From Mobula hypostoma (lineage: Eukaryota), in the NCBI RefSeq assembly GCF_963921235.1, contig NC_086108.1:6014001-6078000 (forward strand): 64,000 nt of DNA, given 5' to 3'. The position numbers were made by a program, and so were the translations under genes. Positions 39,975 to 50,317 of the stretch are shown piece after piece. The notes below the pieces were generated by a model. That model was not told the origin of the DNA. It did not search any database and worked only from the letters and a program-made list of their open reading frames with translations. Every line of letters starts with the position of its first letter. Position 1 is the stretch's first letter.

Positions 39975-40080
39975 GTTCACACTGCCGTCCGCACTGACAA
40001 CTTTTATACATTTGGGTAAGTCTCATTATGGACCGCCCTTCGGAGTTCTGACGCGGCTTCATGTCAGTGGGCGTGAGTTA
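39975..40080 (-). promoter_or_regulatory. Putative CYP2 proximal promoter
   Basis: TATAAAA on minus strand at 40002-40008, GC-box-like GGGCGG near 40033-40038, and GGGCGTG (Sp/KLF or XRE-core-like) at 40069-40075. All lie about 160-230 bp upstream of the ATG in non-repetitive sequence. Confidence 0.6.
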
Positions 40081-42509
40081 TGTTCTCAACAAATAAAACT
40101 ATCGAGAATTGAAATGGCGTTCAAAAGGCTGACAATTCCGAATCACCTTCTTTGTCAGGTAAAAGCTCGGTAAACCGGACCACAAGCTGCTGAGAATTCC
40201 TCCGGCCATCGTTGGAATATATTGATTCTGTGCATTACGTCTGATTTAAGCTCCTTTTTTCAGTTGAAAGTTCAAAGTAAATTTTATTATCAAAGCTCAT
40301 ACATGTCACCATATACAGCCCTGAGATTCGTTTTCCTGTGGGCACTCTCGGCCTGGACTCGTGGAGCCCATAAGTAGATCAACAGACCAAAGGCCAGCAT
40401 CCTCGACCTCGAGGAATAGCCACGACGACGACTCGGCAAATCTACAGAATAGTAACTCTAACAGGATCAATGAAAGATCAACCAGAGTGCAGAAGACAAC
40501 TGTGCAAATGCAAATAAAAAAAATAGCAATAAATAATGAGAACATGAGATAAAAAGTCTTTAAAGTGAGATCATTGGTTGTGGGAACATCTCAATGATGA
40601 GGAAAGCGGGTGTAATTAACCCCTTTTATTCAAGAGTCTGAGATTGAGGGACAGTAACTGTTTTTGAACCCGGTGGTGCAAGTCCTGTGACTTTTGTACC
40701 TTCTACTTGATGGCATCAGTGAGAAGAGATCATGTCCAGGGTGGTGGGGATCTCTGATGATGGATGCTGCTTTCCTACGACAGCGTCTCAGGTAGATGTG
40801 TTCAATAGTTGGGGGGGGGGGAGGCTTTACCCGTGATGGACTGAGCCAAATCCACTACCTTTTGCATGACATTTCCGTTCAAAGGCATTGGTGTCGCATA
40901 CCAGGGTATGAGGCATGTTTTGCAGCAGCGGAGAGGCAGGCTTGGCAGGCTTCTCCTGGGTCCCTCCACCCTCTGATTGCCGTCAAGATTGTTTAATGTC
41001 ATTTCCAGAACATGTGTAAAGGCAAACGAAATGTTCGTTACTTCGGCTCTGCTGCACAACAACAAAAACCACAATAAGATCGAGAACAGCCCAGTCCATC
41101 ACAGGTAAAGCCCTCCCCACCATTGAACACATCTACATGAAACATTGCTGCAGGCAAGCAGCATCCATCATCAGGGACAACACCACCCTCCCCAGGACAT
41201 GCTCTCCTCTCACTGCTGCCATCAGGAAGAAAGTACTGGAGCCTCAGGACTCGCACCTCCAGGTTCAGGAACAGTTACTACCCCTCAAGCATCAGGCTCT
41301 TGAACCAAAGGAGATAACTTCACTCAAAGCAACACACAAAATGCTGGAGGAACTCAGCAGGCCAGGCAGCGTGTGTGTATAAACAGTTGACGTTTCAGGC
41401 CAAGACCTTTCATCAGGACTGGAAAGAAAAATGATAAATCAGAGTATGGAGGTGGGGGGTGGGGAGGAAGAAGTTCAAAGTGGTGGGACTGGGAGAGGGG
41501 GAAGGGTGAAGTAAAGAGCTGGGAAGTTGATTGGTGAAAGAGATAAAGGGCTGGAGAAGGGGGGAATCTGATAGAAGGCCATGCAAGAAAGGGAAGGAGG
41601 AAGAACACCAGAGGGAGGTGATAGGTCCCAAGAAGGACACGTGGCTGTGGTTGTGGGTCACTCAACTTGCCCCATATCAAAATGTACCCATGACCTATGG
41701 ACTCATTTTCAAGGACTCTCCATCTCATGTTCTTGATATTTATTGTTTATTTATTTATCATGATCATTTCTTTCTGTTTGTATTTGAACAGCTTGTTGTC
41801 TTCTGTACTCTGGTCGAATGCCCAATTTGATGTGATTCTGTTATGGTTATTATTGTTTTCATTATGGATTTATTGAGTATGCCTGCAAGAAAATGAATCT
41901 TAGCGTTGTGTATGGTGACACACTATGGGGAGTAACCTCAAATTATGAGTGTGAGAAAGCTGGTGGAGTTTTGGATAGTTCACAGTACATTTATTATCGA
42001 AGTATGTATATTATATACAACCTTGAGATTCGTCTCCTTACAGGCAGCCACGAAACAACTGAACCTGAAAGAACCCATTTCAAAAATGCTGTCAAACACC
42101 CAATGTGCAGAGATAACAAATGGTGCAAACAATAAAAGTAAGCCAGTAAAATTCAGAACTGAAGTTTGTGTAAGTGAGTCCACAGCCACAAAGCCAGCCG
42201 TCACTGCAGCCGATATAGGAGCCCGTTTCAGCCTCAGTTCAGTGCAGAGATGGGTAAACCTCGCAGAACAGCTAACTGAACCAGGCTGTCCCTTGTCTCC
42301 AGCCCCCACACCCTGACCTTTTCAATCTCCAGCCCCAACACCCTGACCTTTTCAACCTGGCCCAGTCCCGACAGCATCCAAACCTCAGGTCGTTCGTCAC
42401 TCTCAGAGCTGGGCCCTGCCGTTTTGATACACTTTACTTCTTGAAATACAGTGCGGAATAGGCCCTTCCGGCCCTTTGAGCCGCAGAGCTCGGCGATGCC
42501 CAACTTAAC

Positions 42510-45287
42510 TATGATGTTGTGGCCATTACAGAGACTTGGATGGCTCAGGGGCAGGAATGGTTACTTCAAGTGCCAGGCATTAGATGTTTCAGAAAGGATA
42601 GAGAGAGAGGCAAAAGAGGTGGGGGCGTGGGACTGTTGATCAGATAGTGTCACGGCTGCAGAAAAGGAGGAAGACATGGAGGGATTGTCTACAGAGTCTC
42701 TGTGGGTGGAAGTTAGGAACAGGAAAGGGTCAATAACTCTTCTGGGTGTTTTTTATAGACCACCCAATAGTAACAGGGTCATTGAGGAGCAGATAGGGAG
42801 ACAGATTCTGGAAAGGTGTAATAATAACAGAGTTGTTGTGGTGGCAGATTTTAATTTCCCAAATATCGATTGGCATGTCCCAAGAGCAAGGGGTTTAGAT
42901 GGGGTGGAGTTTGTTAGGTGTGTTCAAGAAGGTTTCTTGACACAATATGTAGATAAGCCTACAGGAGGAGAGGCTGTACTTGATCTGGTATTGGGAAATG
43001 AACCTGGTCAGGTGTCAGGTCTCTCAGTGGGAGAGCATTTTGGAGATAGTCATCACAATTTTATCTCTTTTACTATAGCACTGGAGAGGGATAGGAACAG
43101 ACAAGTTAGGAAAGCGTTTGATTAAAGTAAGGGGAAATGTGAGGCTGTCAGGCAAGAAGTTGGAAGCATAAATTGGGAACAGATGTTCTCAGAGAAATGT
43201 ATGGAAGAAATGTGGCAAATGTTTAGGCGATATTTGTGTGGAGTTCTGCATAGGTACATTCCAATGAGACAGGGAAAATATGGTAGGGTACAGGAACTGT
43301 GGTGTACAAAGGCTGTTGTAAATCTAGCCAAGAAGAAAAGAAGAGCTTATGAAAGGTTCAAAAAACCGACTAATGATAGAGATCTAGATTATTATAAGGC
43401 TAGCAAGAAGGAGTTTAAGAAAGAAATTAGGAGAGCCAGAAGAGGCCATGAGAAGGCCTTGGTGGACAGGACTAAGGAAAACCCTGAGGTATTCTACGAG
43501 TATGTGAAGAGCAAGAGGATAAGACGTGAGAGAATAGGACCAATCAAGTGTGACAGTGGAAAAGTGTGTATGGAATCGGAAGAGATAGCAGAGGTACTTA
43601 ATGAGTACTTTGCTTCAGTATTCATACGGAAAAGGATCTTGGCAATCTAGGGATGACTTAAAGCGGACTGAAAAGCTTGAGCATGTAGATATTAAGAATG
43701 AGGATGTGCTGGAGCTTTTGGAAAGCATCAAGTTGGATAAGTCTCCAGGACCGGACAAGATGTACCCCAGGCTACTGTGGGAGGTGAGGGAGGAGATTGC
43801 TGAGCCTCTGGCAATGACCTCTGCATCATCAATAGGGACGGGAGAGGTTCCGTAGAATTGGAGGGTTGCAGATGTTGTTCCATTGTTCAAGAAAGGGAGT
43901 AGAGACAGTCCAGGAAATTATAGACCAGTGAGTCTTACTTTAGTGTTTGGTAAATTGAGAGAAGATCCTGAAAGGCAGGATTTATGAACATTTGGAGAGG
44001 CATAATATGATTAGGAATAGTCAGCATGGCTTTGTCAAAGGCAGGTCGTGCCTTACAAGCTTGATTGAATTTTTTGAGGATGTGACTAAACACATTGATG
44101 AAGGTAGAGCCATAGATGTAGTGTATATGGATTTTAGCAAGGCATTTGACAAGGTACCCCATTCAAGGCTTATTGAGAAAGAAAGGAGGAATGGGATCCA
44201 AGGGGACATTGCTTTGTGGATCCAGAACTGGCTTGCCCACAGAAGGCAAAGAGTGGTTGTAGATGGGTCATGTTCTGCATGGAGGTCGGTCACCAGTGGT
44301 GTGCCTCAGGGGTCTGTTCTGTGATCCTTACTCTTCATAATTTTTATAAATGACCCGGATGAGGAAGTGGAGGGATGGGTTAATAAATTTGCTGATGACA
44401 CAAAGGTTGGAGGTGTTGTGGATAGTGTGGAGGGCTGTCAGAGGTTACAGCAGGACATTGATAGGAAGCATAATTGGGCTGAGAAGTGGCAGATGGAGTT
44501 CAACCCAGGTAAGTGTGAGGTGGTTAATTTTGGTAGGTCAAATATGATGGCAGAATATAGCATTAATGGCAATACTCTTGGCAGTGTGGAGGATCAGAGG
44601 GATCTTCGGGTCCGAGTCCATAGGACACTCAAAGCTGCTACGCAGGTTGACTCTGTGGTTAAAAAGGCATACAGTGCATTGGGCCTTCATCAATCATGGG
44701 ATTGAGTTTAGGAGCTGAGAGGTAATGTTGCAGCTATATAGGACCCTGGTTAGACCCCACTTGGAGTACCATGCTCAGTTCTGGTTGCCTCACTACAAGA
44801 AGGATGTGGAAACCATAGAAAGGGTGCAGAGGAGATTTATAAGGATGTTGCCTGGATTGGGGAGCATGCCTTATGAGAATAGGTTAAGTGAACTTGGCCT
44901 TTTTTCCTTGGAGCGGCAGAGGATGAGAGGTGACCTGATACAGGAGTATAAGATGATGAGAGGCATTGATCATGTGGAGAGTCAGAGGTTTTTTACCAGG
45001 GCTGAGAGGACACAGTTTTAAGGTGCTTGGAAGTAGGTACAGAGGAGATGTCAGGGGTAAGTTTTTTTAGACAGAGAGTGGTGAGTGCGTGGAATGGGCT
45101 GCCGACGATGGTGGTTGAGGCGCATACGATAGGGTCTTTTAAGAGACTCCTGGTCAGGTACATGGAGCTCAGAAAAATAAGAGGGCTATGGATAACCCTA
45201 GGTAATTTCTAAGGTAAGGACATGATCGGCACAGCTTTGTGGGCTGAATGGCCTGTATTGTGCTGGAGGTTTTCTATGTTTCTATGT
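42510..45287 (+). mobile_element. CR1 LINE, most of ORF2, multiple stops and frameshifts
   Basis: Endonuclease (YRPP, DFNFP, LDLVL) and RT ([21 protein letters not shown]) remnants, (TTCTATGT)n tail. Confidence 0.95.
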
Positions 45288-46754
45288 TAACCCTAGCCTA
45301 ATCATGGGACAATTTACAATGACCAATTAACCTACTAAATGGTATGTCTTTGGATGGTGGGAAGAAACTGGGTGTCGCGGTAGCATAGTGGTTAGCACAA
45401 CGTTTTACAGTACAGGTCACCCAGGTTCAATTCGCACCACTGCCTGTAAGGAGTTTGTACGTTCTCCCTGTGACCGCGTGGGTTTCCTCCGGGTGCTCCA
45501 GTTTCCTCCCACAGTCCAAAGATGTACCATTTAGTAGGTTAATTGGTCATTGTGAATTGTCCCATGATTCGGCTAGGATAAAATCTGGGGATTGCTCTGC
45601 GGCGTGGTTCAAAGGGTCTGAAGGGCCTATTCCATGCTTTATCTCAATAAATAAATTTTAAAAACATGTACATCCAGATGAAAACCACGCTTTCCATAGG
45701 GAGGATTCACAAACTCCTTGCAGAGGATTTACCTCTGAACACCATCACCTCGAGCTGTAATAGCATTGCTATAACTGCTACACTATCGTGACGCCCTGGT
45801 ATGGGAGCAAAAAGTGTAAACAAACAGAAAACTGAAGGACAATCTGATGAAATAATAATCAACTCAGCCCTGCAGATGGAAGATGTAATTTATTTATTAA
45901 TAGGCCACTTATAAATGATATTCTCAGATGGTGTGTTTTCTTTTTAGATAGAGTCATAGAAAAGTACAGTATAAAAACAGGCCCTTCGGCCCATCTAGTC
46001 CATGCAAAACCATTTAAACTGTGTACTGCTGTCGACCTGCACTGGGCACATAGACCTCCATACCCCTGCCATCCATGTTCATCTTAAACGTTGAAATCGA
46101 GGTCACATGCACCACTTGTGCTGGCATACATGGATTTTGTCATTTTAATGATGGACTTAGACATCACAGACAAGTAATCAAATCACATCTATGGTCCACC
46201 ATCTCAACTGTTCAAAGGTTTATTTATTATCAGAAAACGTATACACTATACAACGTGAAATTCTTACTCTTCACAGACATCCGTGAAACAGGGAAACCCC
46301 ATAGAATGATAGAAACATCGAAGCCCCAAAACCCCGCAAACTCCTTTCGCAAAAGCATCGGCCCTCCTCCTCCCCCCAACTCACACCACCAGAAGCATCG
46401 ACCCCCCCCCCACCATGCGAGCAGCAAAGTATCCATAGATCCAAGATCCATCAAACCACAGTTCACAAACCCACACTTCAGTATCTCAGCCAGTCTCTCC
46501 CCCACCTCCCCTCACTCCCTCTACCCACCCCACCATCTGGTTATTGAACCATGAACTTGAAATCTGTATGTAGATTTTGGTCTCTTTAACGTATTCCCAG
46601 TGGTCACTTTACCTGTACACTGACTCATTAATCCAAATATCTAATCTTTATCTTCATGTTTTCAATGCCCTGTGGCAAGAAGTTTCAGGAATATAAAATC
46701 CAACTAACCCAATTGTACTGGACAGGAATTTAAGGGTAAGAGGCTAAAAAGGAT

Positions 46755-47330
46755 ACACTCAGTGGCCACTTTATTAGGTACCTCAGGGCGGCACATTAGT
46801 GTAGTGGTTAGCATAACACCTTACAGTACAGTTCAATTCCTGTCGCTGCCTGTAAGGAGTTTGTATGTTCTCCCCGTGAATGTCGGGGGGTGGGGGGTTC
46901 CCTCTGGGTGTTCTGGCTTCCATCCCATAGTTCAAAGACTTACTGGTTGGTAGATTAACTGGCCATTGTAAAATGCCCCGTGATTAGGCTAGGATTAAAT
47001 CGGGGGATTTCTGGGCAGCGTGTCTCAAAAGGCCAGAAGGGCCTGTTCTGTGCTGTATCTCAATAAATAAATAAATAAAGTGGCCACTGAGTTTGATGTT
47101 TGTGGTCTTTTGCCTCCATAGCCTATCCACTTCAAGGTACGACGTGTTGTGTGTTCAGAGATGATCCTCTGCAAACCACTGTTGTAGCACTTTGTTTTTT
47201 GAGTTACTGTCGCCTTCCTGTCAACTTGAACCAGTCTGGCCATTCTCCTCTGACCTCCCTCATTGACAAGGCGATTTTGCTCACAGAACTGTCACTCACT
47301 GGATTTTTTTTGTTCTTCACACCATTCAAT
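46755..47330 (-). mobile_element. Tc1-like non-autonomous fragment with a V-SINE inserted (46786-47070)
   Basis: TA-CACTCAGTGGCCACTTTATTAGG terminus, inverted copy near 47074-47091, transposase HTH remnant ARLVQVDRKATVTQ...SEHTTRRTL. Confidence 0.7.
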
Positions 47331-48097
47331 GCCTTTGAACGGAAAAGGTAGAGGATTTGGCCCAGTCCATCACGGGTAAAGCCCCCTCAACTATTGAGTA
47401 CACTTATATGAAACGATGTTGTAGGAGAGCAGCATTCATCATCAACTTCCCCTCCCCCAGTTTCACCTATCACCTGCCTCCTTGTACTTCCTACCCTGCC
47501 ATCCACCTTATAATTCTGACTTCTGCCCTTCCTCTCCATCCTGATGAAGGGCCTCGGCCCGAAACATCGACTCTACTCATTTCCAGAGATGCTGGCAGAC
47601 CTGCTGAGTTCCTCCACCACTTTATGTGTGCTGGTAAGCTCTCAGATAACCACTGTCATCTTGTTTACTATCCTGGTGTACGGGAAAGCACCCAGAGTTA
47701 GACCATAACACCATAAGGCATACTGCAGAATTAGACCATTCATCTCATCTGCTCTGCCATTCCATCATAGCTGATTTATTTTCTCCTTGCAACCCCGTCC
47801 TCCTACCTTCACCTTGTAACCCTTGATGCCACTATAAATATACCCAATGATTTGACCTCCACAGCCATCTGTGGTAATGAATTCCACAGATTCACCACCC
47901 TCCGGCTAAAGATATTCTTCCTCATCTCCGTTATAAATGCATGTCCTTTGATTCTGAGGCTGGTCGATGGAATGTCAAAAGAATTCAACAGAGTGGATGT
48001 GGAGAAGATGTTTCCTATGGAGGAGGTATCTCAGACAAGTAGTCCAAAAAGAAAGCAAAAAAAAGTAATGAAGTGGTGTTCATGGGTTCATTTTATA

Positions 48098-48885
48098 AGT
48101 GTGAAGTGGTTCATTTTGGTCGGTCAAATATGATGGCAAAATATAGTATTAATGGTAAGACTCTTAGCAGTGTGGAGGATCAGTGGGATCTTGGGGTCCG
48201 AGTCCACAGGATGCTCAAAAGCAGCTGCGCAGGTTGACTCTGTGGTTAAGAAGGTGTATGGTGTATTGGCCTTCATCAATCGTGGAACTGAATTTAAGAG
48301 CCAAGAAGTGATGTTGCAGCTATATAGGATCCTGGTCAGACCCCACTTAGAGTACAGTGCTCAATTCTGGTCGCCTCACTACAGGAAGGATGTGGAAGCC
48401 ATAGAAAGGGTGGAGAGGAGATTTACAAGGATGTTGCCTGGATTGGGGAGCATGCCTTATGAGAATAGGTTGAGTGAACTCGGCCTTTTCTCTTTGGAGT
48501 GACGGAGGATGAAAGGTGACCTGATACAGGTGTATAAGATGATGAGAGGCATTGGTCGTGTGGATAGTCAGAGGCTTTTTCTCAGGGCTGAAATTGTTGC
48601 CACAAGAGGACACAGGTTTAAGGTGTTGGGGAGTAGGTACAGAGGAGATGTCAGGGGTAAGTTTTTTACTCAGAGAGTGGTGAGTGCGTGGAATGGGCTA
48701 CCGGCAACGGTGGTGGAGGCGGATACGATAGGGTCTTTTAAGAGACTTTTGGATAAGTACATGAAGCTTAGAGAAATAGAGGGCTATAGGTAAGCCTAGT
48801 AATTTCTCAGGTAGGGACATGTTCGGCACAACTTTGTGGGCCGAAGGGCCTGTATTGGGCTGTAGGTTTTCTATGTTTCTATGTT
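48098..48885 (+). mobile_element. CR1 LINE 3' fragment (same subfamily as 42510-45287)
   Basis: [17 protein letters not shown], (TTCTATGT)n tail. Confidence 0.9.
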
Positions 48886-49079
48886 TCATTGTCTGTTCAG
48901 AGATCTGATGGCAGAGGGATGAAGCTGTTCCTCAAGCAGTGAGTGTGTGTCTTCAGGGCCCTGTACTTCCTCCCTGATGGTAGTAATGAGAACAAAGCAA
49001 ATCTTGGATGGTGATGGTGATGTTGAATGATGGCACCTTCTTGAGACATCACCTATTTGAGATGTGCTCAATGTTGGGG

Positions 49080-49575
49080 AGGTTTCAATGAGATTCCACC
49101 CCCCCCCCACTCCGTTCTTCTAGGTTACAGTAAGTTCAGACCCTCAGCCATCAAACACTCCTCATAGGTAAACCCTTTCATTTCCAGTTCCTTGGATAGG
49201 CAACTTGCTGAGTCAGAATGAACAAGTTGGATTTCCAATCTGTATAATTCTAGGTTGCAATGGATAATACAATAATCTCAGTATCGAGGATGAGGAAATC
49301 AGCTCCAATTCATTCAGTGGAGTTGGATCACTTTACAAACCAAACTGTCACTGCACTAAACCCCTGATACAATCTCCATTCCCATTAACGACTTTAACAG
49401 GATCAGAATTGGGTTTAATGTCACTGACGTATGTTGTGAAATTTGTTGATTTCTGGCAACAGTACAGAGCAGGAGTCACAGTGTGGATAATTATTAAACT
49501 GACCTTGAATATGTTGACAATTCCTGCAGTTACCCAGAAGACAGATTAAACATTCTATCAAACTGGCATCTGCTC
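49080..49575. repeat. Copy 1 of an old ~500-bp direct duplication (copy 2 at ~55970-56450)
   Basis: Colinear similarity across a CR1 remnant, unique sequence and a LINE tail, e.g. GGCAACTTGCTGAGTCAG, GTTGGATCACTTTACAAA, TTCTATCAAACTGGCATCT. Confidence 0.9.
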
Positions 49576-50317
49576 AATAAGGTAATGTTATCGAATCAGA
49601 AACTCTCCCACAATGGGTAATATCTTCTCCACGTCTACTCTATCTAGGCCTTTCAATGATATAAGACACAGGAACAGAATCAGACCATTCAGCCATCGAG
49701 TCTGCTCTGCCGTTCCATCATGGCTGATTTATTATCCCTCTCAATTCCATTCTCTTGCCTTCCCGCCATAAGCTTTGCCACCCTTACTAATGAACAACCT
49801 ATCAACCTCTGTTTTAAATATACCCAGTGACTTGGCCTCCACAGCTGACTGTGGCAACAAATTCCACAGATTCACCACCCACAGGCTAAAGAAATTCCTC
49901 CTCATCTCTCTTCTAAAGGGACATCCTTGTATTCTGTGCTCTTTGGTCCTAGACTATACAGTTCCTATAAAAAATATTCTTTCCTATCCTTTGGAAGTTT
50001 TCACATTTTATTGGTTTATAACACAGTGGATTTAATTTGGCTTTTTTGACACTGATCAACAGAAAAAGACTCTTTCGTGTCAAAGTGAACACAGATCTCT
50101 AAAAAGAGATCTAAATTAATTACAAATATAAAATACAAAATAATTGATTGCATAAGTATCCAACCCCTTTAAGTCCGTGTTTAGCAGATACACCTCTGGC
50201 AGCAATTACAGCTTCAGTCTGTGTGGATAAGTCTCTAACAGCTTTGCACATTTGGACGCTGCAATTTTTCCCCATTCTTCTTTAGAAAATTGCTCAAGCT
50301 CTGTCAGATTGCATGGG

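Noticed and set aside
45375..45440. tRNA gene (also at 16879, 38628, 62035)
   Set aside because: A/B-box heads continue into the V-SINE core and LINE-like tail and do not form a full cloverleaf.
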